Assembly (NCBI GenBank): GCA_965243735.1
Contig: CBDEVZ010000008.1
Location: 3,995,180-4,059,179 of the forward strand
DNA: 64,000 nucleotides
Source of the DNA: an uncultured Candidatus Binatia bacterium
Lineage (GTDB): Bacteria > Desulfobacterota > Binatia > Bin18
Reading direction: 5' to 3'
Both the position numbers and the translations under genes were made by a program. The notes beneath the pieces were generated by a model. The model did not search any database and was not told the origin of the DNA. It worked only from the letters and a program-made list of their open reading frames with translations. Positions within the stretch are counted from its first letter, which is position 1; the number at the start of each line of letters is the position of its first letter. Of this stretch, positions 46,474 through 55,754 are shown in pieces.

Positions 46474-47651
46474 CCAGCCCCATGACCGGCCTCCCGTCCC
46501 CGTCTCACACCCTGGTCGCGCGCGTACGCCTGGCGCTGGACCGCTTTGACCTGAACGTCGATATCACCACCCGTCACCAGGTAACCGCCATCTTTGGTGT
46601 GTCGGGCTCGGGCAAGACCAGCCTGCTCGAAACCATCTGTGGGCTGCGGCGCGAGGCTCAGGGCTACATCCGTCTCGACGACGAGGTGTGGCTGGACACG
46701 GCCAGGCGAACCTGTGTCAAACCCGAGCGGCGCAACATCGGCTATGTCCCCCAGGATGGCCTGCTCTTTTCGCATAAAAACGTCCGCCAGAATCTGCTGG
46801 CCGGCGCCAGACGGGCAATCCGCAACGGTCATCCGCTCCGGGTCACACTGGGGCTGGTAACCGAGATTCTGGAGCTCGGCCCCCTGCTTGAGCGCAGTGT
46901 GACCACGCTGTCGGGCGGAGAGCGCCAGCGCGTGGCGCTGGGCCGGGCGATCTGTTCCGGGCCGCGGCTGCTGCTGCTTGACGAACCGTTCGCCTCGCTC
47001 GATCTGGCCCTGCGGCGCAAACTGCTGCCCTTTCTGCGCCGTATTCGGTCCGAGTTCCGGATTCCCATGTTGTTTGTGTCGCACGACCCGCTTGAAGTCC
47101 AAGCCTTGTGCGACGATCTGATCGTGCTCAGAGATGGCGCGACCATCGCCCACGGTGAGCCGCGTCAGGTCTTGACCGACCCGGACATCTTTTCCGTGGC
47201 CGAACAGCAGGGCTTTGAAAACATCCTGGCGTGCCGTCTGATCGACACCCAGGCCAGCACCTGTCGGGTTCGTCTGGGACAGCGGCCGCTTGGGACAGAC
47301 GCGCAAGCCGGCTCTCGGCCGGTCGAACTGACGACCATGCGGACTGATGCCCAGCCGGGCGACCTGATGCTGGCCAGCCTGCCGGCCACCGACATCATGA
47401 TTGCGACCCATAAGCCCCAGGGGCTGTCGGCCCGCAATGTCCTGCCGGCGCGTATTACTCAGCTGCGGCTGGTCGGTTCGGTCGGGCTGGTCACGGCCGA
47501 GCTGTCCGCCGACCTGCCGCCCCTGACCATCGAGGTTACGGAGACGAGTTTTGTCGAGCTGGGCCTGCGGCCTGAGCGTCAGATTTTCCTGGTCATCAAG
47601 GCGACCTCGTGCCGCCTGTACGAGGGCGAGCGCCGCCTGGCGCCGGACTGA
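46470..47651 (+). CDS. modC: Molybdate ABC transporter ATP-binding protein with C-terminal TOBE/Mop domain
   Basis: Walker A GVSGSGKTS, LSGGERQRVAL signature, and a C-terminal Mop-like region. Confidence 0.9.
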   Translation: MTSPMTGLPSPSHTLVARVRLALDRFDLNVDITTRHQVTAIFGVSGSGKTSLLETICGLRREAQGYIRLDDEVWLDTARRTCVKPERRNIGYVPQDGLLFSHKNVRQNLLAGARRAIRNGHPLRVTLGLVTEILELGPLLERSVTTLSGGERQRVALGRAICSGPRLLLLDEPFASLDLALRRKLLPFLRRIRSEFRIPMLFVSHDPLEVQALCDDLIVLRDGATIAHGEPRQVLTDPDIFSVAEQQGFENILACRLIDTQASTCRVRLGQRPLGTDAQAGSRPVELTTMRTDAQPGDLMLASLPATDIMIATHKPQGLSARNVLPARITQLRLVGSVGLVTAELSADLPPLTIEVTETSFVELGLRPERQIFLVIKATSCRLYEGERRLAPD

Positions 47652-47670
47652 GCCGAGTCGCAGTGTGTCC

Positions 47671-47898
47671 TCATTCCGCCGCCCCCTTCCAGGTCCGGTA
47701 ACTGTCCGGGGTCATGACCTCCCAGTAGTAGCTGCACGCCCGGTTCTGACAAAAGGCCATGATCTGAGAGGTCAGGTGTCGCTTGCGGTAGTAGCGCAGT
47801 TCAAAGGGGTAGCGCTTGATTTTTTTGGTAAAACGACCGCACTCTGGGCAGCGTACGCTGACCAGCTTGTCTTTGTTCCAGACCTCTTGAATTGCCAT
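47671..47898 (-). CDS. Small zinc-ribbon protein (CPEC...CxxRAC)
   Basis: 75 aa with four Cys in a C-x2-C ... C-x4-C arrangement. ~50% GC. Confidence 0.4.
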   Translation of the reverse strand: MAIQEVWNKDKLVSVRCPECGRFTKKIKRYPFELRYYRKRHLTSQIMAFCQNRACSYYWEVMTPDSYRTWKGAAE

Positions 47899-47953
47899 CG
47901 GTCACAGGTGCAGCGCGCAGGTCAAACGGGCAAGACGCGATAAGGGAGCCAGC

Positions 47954-48193
47954 ATGGATCACGTCGTCGGGGTCTACCAGGGCATAGTACGGGATAACCG
48001 CGACCCGCAAAAGAGGCTGCGGCTCAAGGTCGAGGTGTTTGAGGTGCCGGGCGTGGCCGAGTGGGCGCTGCCGTGCCTGCCGCCGGGCGTGGAGAGCCTG
48101 CCCGGCGTCGGCGAAACGGTCTGGCTGGTGTTTCAGGGCGGCGACCGCCGCAAGCCGGTCTGGCTCGGCGTGCTGCCGGGTAGTCTGGCCTAG
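47954..48193 (+). CDS. Orphan phage baseplate protein V / gp5 N-terminal OB-fold-like mini-protein
   Basis: GVYQGIVRDNRDPQKRLRLKVEVF...LPGVGETVWLVFQGGDRRKPVWLGV matches the Phage_base_V pattern. Only 79 aa. No other phage genes are nearby. Confidence 0.45.
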   Translation: MDHVVGVYQGIVRDNRDPQKRLRLKVEVFEVPGVAEWALPCLPPGVESLPGVGETVWLVFQGGDRRKPVWLGVLPGSLA

Positions 48194-48200
48194 CGCGTTT

Positions 48201-48299
48201 CACCCTTAGGTGTAGCCGTGTAGGTCAGGTTAGCCGGAGGCGTAACCTGACATCCCGTACGTGTCGGATTACGCTCCGCTAATCCGACCTACCACACCC
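48201..48299. repeat. Intergenic repeat family 3 (reverse-complement copy)
   Basis: Reverse complement of 35093-35184 with the same nested palindromes. Confidence 0.5.
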
Positions 48300-48313
48300 T
48301 ATCGGGAAACGCG

Positions 48314-48775
48314 CTAAGCCGGCTGAAACGGCCCGGCATACGAGGCGCCATACTCCAGGGCCAGGCTCCACAGCTGATAGCCGAGCAGCAGCCCGCCGAG
48401 CAGCAGGCCGACCGCCAGCGCCAAGCTGGTGCCGGCGATGAGGCTGGCGCTGGCGCCGGTTCGGAGCCGGGTTGTCCACACCACCCGCATGCCCGGCGGC
48501 GGAACGCGGCCGGACCGCAAGACACGCACGGCAAAGCTGGCCAGCAGGGCGGCCAGGCCGCTGAGCAACAGCCCGCTACCCACCGCCCAGACCTGGTACA
48601 GCTGTTTCAGGCCGGCTGCGGCCATGCGGGGATAGATCGCCCGCAGTTCCAGCATCGAGTCGAAATACGCCTGGGTGTAGACCAGGGCGCCAAAGCCGAG
48701 GGCCAGCGTCAGCGCTGCGGTCAGTATCGCGCGGGTTCTGACCAGCGGGTCGGCGGGGATGAGTTGGGGTGTCAT
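48314..48775 (-). CDS. Hypothetical polytopic membrane protein
   Basis: 153 aa with 3-4 predicted TM helices. No family recognised. Confidence 0.45.
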   Translation of the reverse strand: MTPQLIPADPLVRTRAILTAALTLALGFGALVYTQAYFDSMLELRAIYPRMAAAGLKQLYQVWAVGSGLLLSGLAALLASFAVRVLRSGRVPPPGMRVVWTTRLRTGASASLIAGTSLALAVGLLLGGLLLGYQLWSLALEYGASYAGPFQPA

Positions 48776-48836
48776 AGTCCCGGTCCGGCGTCCGTTCTGT
48801 TACCTCACCATCACGATTATGCTAGCCTGTCGCCCC

Positions 48837-49130
48837 ATGGCAAACGACCCCCTGTCCGACACCCGCCGCCAGAGCTACTGGCGTAAGAATCTGGCGATTG
48901 TCGCCGCCCTGCTGAGCGTCTGGTTCAGCGTGTCTTTCGGCCTGTCAATCCTCTTTATCGACGCCCTGAATACCGTCCGGGTGGGTGGCTTCCGGCTGGG
49001 CTTCTGGATGGCCCAGCAGGGCTCGCTGTACATCTTCGTCATCCTGATCTTTGTCTACGTGTGGCTCATGAATCGTCTGGACCGGGCCTACGGCGTCCAC
49101 GAGCACGACCCAGCGGGCGGGGGAGCATGA
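48837..49130 (+). CDS. DUF4212 small subunit associated with solute:sodium symporter
   Basis: YWRKNLAIVAALLSVWFSVSFGLSILF. Its stop overlaps the start of the symporter gene. Confidence 0.75.
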   Translation: MANDPLSDTRRQSYWRKNLAIVAALLSVWFSVSFGLSILFIDALNTVRVGGFRLGFWMAQQGSLYIFVILIFVYVWLMNRLDRAYGVHEHDPAGGGA

Positions 49131-50872
49131 TGGACATCGATCCGGTCAGAACCTGGACCTTCATCATCGTCGGTCTGTCGTTTGCACTATACATCGGGAT
49201 CGCCTGGTGGGCCAAGGCCGAGTCAACCAGCGATTTTTATGTGGCCGGCTCGCGGGTCGGGGCGGTGGCCAACGGCATGGCGACGGCGGCCGGCTGGATG
49301 AGCGCGGCCTCGTTCATCTCCATGGCCGGCATGATGTCCTTTCTGGGCCGGGACGGCGCCATGTATCTGATGGGTTGGACCGGCGGCTATGTGCTGTTGG
49401 CCCTGTTGCTGGCCCCGTATCTGCGTAAGTTCGGCAAATATACGGTGCCGGATTTTGTCGGCGAACGCTATTACTCGCAGACCGCCCGGATCGTCGCCCT
49501 GGTGTGCGCCATCTTTGTCTCGTTCACCTATGTGGCCGGCCAGATGCGTGGCGTGGGAGTGGTGTTTGCCCGTTTTCTGGAGGTGCCGGTTGAGCTGGGC
49601 GTGGTCATCGGCATGGCGCTGGTTCTGGTCTATGCCGTGGCCGGTGGCCAAAAAGGCATTACCTATACCCAGGTCGCCCAGTACTGTGTGCTGATCTTCG
49701 CCTATATGCTGCCCAGCTTTTTCATTTCCCTGCTGATGACCGATACCCTGCTGCCCCAAATCGGCTTTGGCGCCGAACTGAAGACCGAGCCGGGCGTGTC
49801 GCTGCTCGACAAGCTCGACGGGCTGAGTCAGGAACTCGGTTTTGCCGCGTACACGGGCCGGGGGGCGAAGACCGTTATTGACGTGTTTTTCATCACCCTG
49901 TCGCTGATGGTCGGCACGGCCGGTCTGCCGCACGTCATCACCCGCTTTTTTACGGTGCCGCGGGTCAAGGACGCCCGCATCTCGGCCGGCTGGGCGCTGT
50001 TGTTCATCGTCATCCTGTACGCAACCGCGCCGGCCGTGGCAGCCTTTGCCCGCACCAACCTGTTGACCAGCGTCCACAACGCCGAATACGCCCAGGTGCC
50101 CGACTGGTTCTCCAAGTGGGAAGAGACCGGCCTGATCCGCTTTGCCGACAAGAATCAGGACGGCCGCATCCAGTACTACAACGATCAGAACCCGGCCTTT
50201 GCCGACCGCGCCGCAGCCCAGGGCTGGAACGGCAACGAACTGCACATCGACCGCGATATCATCGTGCTGGCCAACCCGGAAATCGCCCGACTGCCGGCCT
50301 GGGTCGTAGCCCTGGTGGCGGCCGGCGGCCTGGCCGCAGCCCTGTCTACGGCCGCCGGTCTGCTGCTCGTGCTGTCCACCTCAATCTCCCACGACCTGAT
50401 GAAAAACGTGCTTAGCCCCCACATTACCGAGCGCCAGGAGCTGCGTTACGCCCGGCTTGCGGCGGTCGTGGCGACTGTTATTGCCGGCTATTTCGGCATT
50501 CATCCACCGGGCTTTGTGGCCCAGGTCGTGGCCTTTGCCTTTGGGCTGGCCGCGTCGAGCTTCTTTCCGGTTATTGTCCTGGGCATCTTCTCCAAACGCA
50601 TGAACCATCTCGGCGCTATTGCCGGGATGATCTGTGGCATGAGTTTTACCAGCGCCTATATTATCTATTTCAAGTTCATCAGCCCCGAGACCAACACCGC
50701 CGCCCACTGGCTGTGGGGCATCTCTCCCGAGGGCATCGGCGGGGTCGGCATGCTGCTCAACTTCGGGGTGGCGATTATCGTCTCGTCCCTCAGCCGGCCC
50801 CCGGCCCAAGCCGTCCAGAACCTGGTTGAAGAGATCCGCGTCCCGCGCAAAGAAGAGCCGCTTTCCCCTTGA
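49127..50872 (+). CDS. actP: Cation/acetate symporter (sodium:solute symporter family)
   Basis: TWTFIIVGLSFALYIGIAWWAK...SDFYVAGSRVGAVANGMATAAGWMSAASFISMAGM is the ActP signature. Confidence 0.9.
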   Translation: MMDIDPVRTWTFIIVGLSFALYIGIAWWAKAESTSDFYVAGSRVGAVANGMATAAGWMSAASFISMAGMMSFLGRDGAMYLMGWTGGYVLLALLLAPYLRKFGKYTVPDFVGERYYSQTARIVALVCAIFVSFTYVAGQMRGVGVVFARFLEVPVELGVVIGMALVLVYAVAGGQKGITYTQVAQYCVLIFAYMLPSFFISLLMTDTLLPQIGFGAELKTEPGVSLLDKLDGLSQELGFAAYTGRGAKTVIDVFFITLSLMVGTAGLPHVITRFFTVPRVKDARISAGWALLFIVILYATAPAVAAFARTNLLTSVHNAEYAQVPDWFSKWEETGLIRFADKNQDGRIQYYNDQNPAFADRAAAQGWNGNELHIDRDIIVLANPEIARLPAWVVALVAAGGLAAALSTAAGLLLVLSTSISHDLMKNVLSPHITERQELRYARLAAVVATVIAGYFGIHPPGFVAQVVAFAFGLAASSFFPVIVLGIFSKRMNHLGAIAGMICGMSFTSAYIIYFKFISPETNTAAHWLWGISPEGIGGVGMLLNFGVAIIVSSLSRPPAQAVQNLVEEIRVPRKEEPLSP

Positions 50873-51023
50873 GACAGATGCCCCTGACGCGGATTCGCTC
50901 ACGGCTATCGGCCGGCTTCTGCTCCCCCGCTGACGACCTGAAAAGGCTTGGACACTGCTTGAGCGGCAATGAGTCGAGTAGTACTCTTACCGGTAATACT
51001 CAATGGCCGACAGAGGAGATGCC

Positions 51024-51248
51024 ATGAAAGTCACCGTGAAAGGTCAGGTCACCATACCGCTGCCGATTCGGGAAAAACTCGGTATCACGCCCAACAGCGA
51101 GGTGGATTTTGTTGAAGAGGGCGAGCGGGTGTACATCAGAAAAATTCTGTCCAGCCCATCAACCGGGCGCTTTCACCGATTCCGCGGAGCGGCGACCGTC
51201 AAAATGACAACACAGGAAATCCTGTCCTTGACCAGAGGCGAGGCATGA
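51024..51248 (+). CDS. AbrB/MazE/SpoVT-type antitoxin (VapB-like)
   Basis: MKVTVKGQVTIPLPIREKLGI swapped-hairpin motif. GAGGAG RBS. Confidence 0.7.
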   Translation: MKVTVKGQVTIPLPIREKLGITPNSEVDFVEEGERVYIRKILSSPSTGRFHRFRGAATVKMTTQEILSLTRGEA

Positions 51249-51379
51249 CCCCCTTTCTCGTGGACTCCAATATCCTGCTGGATATTTTTGAGGACGATGC
51301 ACAATGGGCGGACTGGTCGGAAACCACCTTGCAGCAGTATGCCGCGTCACACACCCCAACAATCAATCCGGTTATCTGA
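51245..51379 (+). pseudogene. Truncated PIN-domain (VapC) toxin remnant, 44 codons
   Basis: MTPFLVDSNILLDIF is a PIN N-terminus with the first catalytic Asp. ATGA start/stop overlap with the antitoxin. An in-frame stop at 51377-51379 comes long before a full PIN length of ~130 aa. Confidence 0.5.
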
Positions 51380-51509
51380 TTACCCCCACAGTCCGTTTGA
51401 ACTGACAGCCTGCCTTGGGTACACTGCGTCAGGATGGATACCGCGCGTGGCGGACCGGCTGCCCCCCGCCAGGTGCGGCGAGCCTATTGCTCAGAAAGGG
51501 GAAAGTGAG

Positions 51510-52520
51510 ATGCCTCACATCAGAGCGGAATACATCTGGATAGACGGCAACCAACCCACGGCCACACTGCGCTCAAAAACGAAAATACTTGACGGACCGG
51601 TCAGTAGTCTCGAAGAGATTCCTCTGTGGGGATTCGATGGTTCGAGCACCATGCAGGCCCAAGGCCATGACAGCGACCGCCTGCTCCGCCCTATCTACTA
51701 TGTGCCTGACCCCATTCGCCGCGGCGACAATATCCTGGTGATGAACGAGGTGCGGCTCCCGGATGGGTCCGTGCACGAGTCCAACACGCGGGTTCGCCTC
51801 GTCGAGTTGCAAGGCCAGTATCAAGACCACGAATCCTGGTTCGGCATTGAGCAGGAATATACGTTTTTCCGGGGGCGGTCGCCTCTGGGTTGGCCGGAGG
51901 GTGGCTATCCCGCGCCCCAGGGCCCGTTCTATTGCGGTGTTGGGGCCGATGAGGTCTTTGGCCGGGAAATTGTCGAGGCGCATATGAATGCCTGTCTGGA
52001 AGCCGGGCTGGCCCTCTCCGGCATCAATGCCGAGGTCATGCCCGGTCAGTGGGAATTCCAGATCGGCCCAATAGGGGCGCCCGATATAGCGGATCAACTG
52101 TGGGTCGCTCGCTGGTTGCTGTATCGCATCGCCGAAGATTTCGGCGTCAATGCCACCCTGCATCCCAAGCCGGTCAAAGGCGACTGGAACGGGGCCGGCG
52201 CCCACACCAATTTCAGTACGAAAGCCATGCGCGAGGAGGACGGCTTGCGGGTGGTGAAAGCCGCCTGCGAGGCGCTGGAAAAACGGCACGAGGAGCACAT
52301 TGCGGTGTACGGCGCCCACAACGAAGAGCGCCTGACCGGCCTGCATGAGACGTGCAGCATCCACGAATTCCGCTACGGTATCAGCGACCGGGGCGCCTCG
52401 GTGCGTATTCCGATGGCCACAGCCAACGAGGGACGCGGCTATTTGGAGGATCGGCGGCCGGCCGCCAATATGGACCCCTATCAGGTCTGCGCCGCGCTGC
52501 TTGAAACCACGTGCGGCTGA
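51510..52520 (+). CDS. glnII: Glutamine synthetase type II (eukaryote-like)
   Basis: 336 aa. MPHIRAEYIWIDG...DPYQV GSII signature. The upstream part of the listed ORF is rejected. Confidence 0.85.
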   Translation: MPHIRAEYIWIDGNQPTATLRSKTKILDGPVSSLEEIPLWGFDGSSTMQAQGHDSDRLLRPIYYVPDPIRRGDNILVMNEVRLPDGSVHESNTRVRLVELQGQYQDHESWFGIEQEYTFFRGRSPLGWPEGGYPAPQGPFYCGVGADEVFGREIVEAHMNACLEAGLALSGINAEVMPGQWEFQIGPIGAPDIADQLWVARWLLYRIAEDFGVNATLHPKPVKGDWNGAGAHTNFSTKAMREEDGLRVVKAACEALEKRHEEHIAVYGAHNEERLTGLHETCSIHEFRYGISDRGASVRIPMATANEGRGYLEDRRPAANMDPYQVCAALLETTCG

Positions 52521-52625
52521 ACCCGGTCCGCCCGCAATGGGCGGACTAGGTGAACGAGCCGGTGCCCGGTTATTCCAAGCGCCCGGTTCCCTGTTAGAGC
52601 AAATAACGATGCTCTGTAGCCGCCT

Positions 52626-52716
52626 GTCATTCCTGCGCAAGCAGGAATCCAGGCTCCCAGCCCCCCGGCCTCTGGATGCTGGCTCGTAGCCTGCCCCGGA
52701 CATGATCCGGGGTCCG
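52626..52716. repeat. Intergenic repeat family 2 (second copy)
   Basis: GTCATTCCTGCGCAAGCAGGAATCCAG...CCCCGGACATGATCCGGGGTCCG. Confidence 0.5.
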
Positions 52717-53140
52717 ACATGACGAAAGCGTACTGGCAAGGCTACAACTTATCGTAAACCGTTCCAGGACCTGCGCCCGGCGCGCCCGCTTGCGCCATAC
52801 CTGCCACCCTCGGCTATTCTTGCCCACCGCAAAGAACAGCGGCTCTGCCATATCCAGCCCGATTGTTGTCGCCTGCATCGTGCTCCCTGCTGTGACTCCC
52901 GATGGATGTCGTTGGTCTCCATCCTGGCTCACTCGAAGCCATAATGGAAACGGGAGGGTCCATCCCATCGCCCGACACGGCTACACTGTCGCGCTTCCCC
53001 CTTTGGCAAAGCCTGCCCTGAGCTATGTGTCGAAGGGGGGAGTGCGGGGAATGTACCCGACACAGCAGCCACCCTCGGAGCGGGAGGGACAGGAAGACCG
53101 GCCATTTTTCCGGCTGTCTGACTCGGTCCACTAAATTTTG

Positions 53141-53197
53141 TAGTGAATCCCCCTAATTTAATGGCTTTATCTACCAATTTTGGGGGAACAAAGTGCG
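53141..53197 (-). promoter_or_regulatory. Conserved AT-rich promoter module upstream of LuxR paralog 2 (reverse orientation)
   Basis: Reverse complement reads CACTTTGTTCCCCCAAAATTGGTAGATAAAGCCATTAAATTAGGGGGATTCAC. Confidence 0.45.
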
Positions 53198-53332
53198 AAT
53201 GGATGGAGTATGGACATGTGCTAGCATTATTGATGTCTGCCTCTCACGCCGTCCCGAGGAGCGGCCTCCGTGGTCCGGCGGGCGCGGCCGCGCGGGCAGC
53301 GTGTCAATGCGATGGAAGGAGGAAGATGTGTG

Positions 53333-54478
53333 ATGAGTGACCAAGACGCCTTTGACCGGATCCTCGCCACCTTGTACGACGCCATGCTCAACGATGCCTC
53401 CTGGCCGACCGCCTCGGCCCTGATTGATGAGGCCTGCGGCGGCCTGCAAGGCCATGTCCTGGCGGTCGGCGGGAGCCCGCAGGACGAGGCCGTGGGCCGC
53501 TGCAGCTTCGTGGGAGTGTACCACCGGGGGCAGCGCCTCACCGACTGGGAGCGCGAGTACTTCGAGCACTACTTTTCCCTGGACGAACGCGTCCCGCGCT
53601 TCAAGAGCCTGCCGGACAACCAGCTTGTGCATAACACGGCTCTGTACACCGCCGAGGAGCTGAAAACCTCGCCGATGTACAACGAGGTCCTGCCCCGCTA
53701 CAACAGCCAGAATTGCCTCAACGCGCGCCTGGCCGAGCCGGATGGATCTCACATCATCTGGGGCCTCTATGACCCGATCGCCCCGGACGGTTGGCGGTCT
53801 CCCCAGTTGGCGCTACTCAGTGGGTTGCTGCCCCATCTGCGCCAATTTGTCCGCGTCCGAAAAGCCCTGGCCAGCGCTGGGGTGCTGGAGGCGGCCGGGA
53901 CCGACCTGTACGACACCCCGCGGCTGGGCGTCATCTCTCTGGACCAGCACGGGCGGATCGTGGAGGCGAATGACCGCGGCCGGAACCTCCTGCGGCGCGG
54001 CGATGGAGTGTCAGACCGGGCCGGGCTGTTGGAGGCCGCCGTGCCGACCGAGCGGGACCGGCTGGCGCGGCTGGTGGCGCGCGCCCTGCCGCCGACCGCC
54101 GGCACCCCCGTCAGCGGCTCAATGCTGCTGCGCCGCGCGTCCCTGTTGCCGCGCTTTGTGGTCCACGTCACCCCCGTGGGCACGCCCCGGCTGGACTTTG
54201 GGGCGCGACGGGTCGCCGTGCTTGTGCTGCTGGTCGAGCCGGGCTATGAGCCCCGCATTGATCCCGCCTTCGTGGCCCAGACCCTGGACCTCACCCCGGC
54301 GGAGAGCCACATCGCGGTCGGGCTGGCCGAGGGCCGGACTGTGCGCGACATGGCCGTGATGACGGGGCGCAAGAAGGAGACCGTCTATTGGCACCTGAAG
54401 CGGATCTACCACAAGCTGGACATCTCCCGGCAGACGGACTTGGCGCGGCTGGTGCTGTCGGTCGCCGAGTTTCGGTGA
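53333..54478 (+). CDS. LuxR-family transcriptional regulator with N-terminal domain of unknown function (paralog 2)
   Basis: GGAAGGAGG RBS, then ATG. MSDQDAFDRILATLYDAM... C-terminal LuxR HTH. Confidence 0.8.
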   Translation: MSDQDAFDRILATLYDAMLNDASWPTASALIDEACGGLQGHVLAVGGSPQDEAVGRCSFVGVYHRGQRLTDWEREYFEHYFSLDERVPRFKSLPDNQLVHNTALYTAEELKTSPMYNEVLPRYNSQNCLNARLAEPDGSHIIWGLYDPIAPDGWRSPQLALLSGLLPHLRQFVRVRKALASAGVLEAAGTDLYDTPRLGVISLDQHGRIVEANDRGRNLLRRGDGVSDRAGLLEAAVPTERDRLARLVARALPPTAGTPVSGSMLLRRASLLPRFVVHVTPVGTPRLDFGARRVAVLVLLVEPGYEPRIDPAFVAQTLDLTPAESHIAVGLAEGRTVRDMAVMTGRKKETVYWHLKRIYHKLDISRQTDLARLVLSVAEFR

Positions 54479-54651
54479 ACGGGCGGAACACCTGCCGTCC
54501 ACGACACTGAACAGCGGCGTCCCGGTCGGGTGGTGGTTGTGAGTCACCCGGCCGGGACGCCATGCCGCCTGCGCGGGTCAGAGGTGCGCACAGACGGCAT
54601 CCGTCGGGGGCAGACGGTCACGCCGCTGCCCGCTTGAGGTGTCCCTGAGGC

Positions 54652-55257
54652 TCACTGCTCCGCCGGGCGCAGCCCCTCGAAGACCCGGATCAGTACAGTC
54701 GTCATCTCGGCCTGGGCCTGCGCTCGGTTCTCCGCCGCCGCGATGTACGTCCCCGCCGTAGAGAAGACCGCCCACAACAGTGCGACGAGGGGCTCGAGGG
54801 GCTGCGGCTTCATCAACCCGGCCTCCATCAGCCGCGCACACAGCCGCCGCAGGAGGTCCAGCCCGGGGTCCTGCTCCCGGCGCGCGGGCCGCGCCAGGAC
54901 GGCCGGGCCGTCCACATACACGATGCGGTGAACCGTCGGCTCGGACAGCGTTGCCACAAACGCCCGGCAGCCCGTCACCACGAGGCGCTGCCACAGGTCG
55001 CCGTCGGCCGCCTCGATCACACGCTCAAGATGGGCCACGCGGTCGGCGCGCACGTCGACAAAGACGGCGGCGAAGAAATCCGTCTTGTCCCGAAAGTGGT
55101 AGGAGAGCGCGGCGTGCGTCAGGCCCGTCCGCTGGAGAATCTCTGTTGTCGTGGCGTGGGCATAGCCCTTTTCGGCAAAGAGAGCCCGGCCGGCATCCAG
55201 GAGCAGGCGGTGGGTGCGGCGGGAGCGTTGCGCATAGGAGAGGGGTGTGTCACTCAT
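54652..55257 (-). CDS. TetR/AcrR-family transcriptional regulator
   Basis: N-terminal TetR HTH (GYAHATTTEILQRTGLTHAALSYHF). Confidence 0.85.
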   Translation of the reverse strand: MSDTPLSYAQRSRRTHRLLLDAGRALFAEKGYAHATTTEILQRTGLTHAALSYHFRDKTDFFAAVFVDVRADRVAHLERVIEAADGDLWQRLVVTGCRAFVATLSEPTVHRIVYVDGPAVLARPARREQDPGLDLLRRLCARLMEAGLMKPQPLEPLVALLWAVFSTAGTYIAAAENRAQAQAEMTTVLIRVFEGLRPAEQ

Positions 55258-55330
55258 CGGGGCAGTCCTTTCACATCAGGGGCTACAGCCCACCGTGGGG
55301 CATGCCAGCGCACCCCTATACCCCATCCGC

Positions 55331-55400
55331 TTACATTTTGTTCCCCCAAAATTGGTTGACTCAGCAAGAAAAAGGGGGGAATTTTCTCGGAAAAGGGGGG
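55331..55400 (+). promoter_or_regulatory. Conserved AT-rich promoter module (copy 3) upstream of the tetR-like gene
   Basis: TTACATTTTGTTCCCCCAAAATTGGTTGACTCAGCAAGAAAAAGGGGGGAATTTTC. Nearly identical to 20386-20462, including the ACTCAGCAA and GGGGGGAATTT sub-motifs. Confidence 0.45.
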
Positions 55401-55754
55401 GGCGACCGCCCTGCCTCGGCCGCCCTTGTGGAGCGAGGCGGGGCGCTGATGACGACCTGCCGGGCGCGAGCAGCAGACCTTGCGCAGGCGCGTCGTCGCG
55501 CTGCCCACCTCTTGCACGCCGTTCTCAAAGAGGCGTGTCATCCGACCGCATGAAACGGACCGGCCCTTCCTTCGACTTGAGTAGGGGCGACCGGCCGGTC
55601 GCCCCTACATCGGTGAATCTGATGACGGCCGCCCAGCTGAACCCCTCGCTCAGCAAATACAAAGGCACCCTGCGTCGTTGTCGGTCGAAAGGGATCATGC
55701 GGGGTGGCGGGGTGGATTGCTTTTTGCATCACACGTCTGGAGAAGGGCGCGCCC

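Noticed and set aside
51288-51509. Upstream extension of the glnII ORF from 51288
   Set aside because: The extension overlaps the vapC stump in another frame and lacks GS similarity. The GS N-terminus MPHIRAEYIWIDG at 51510 has an RBS-like AAAGGGGAAAG upstream.
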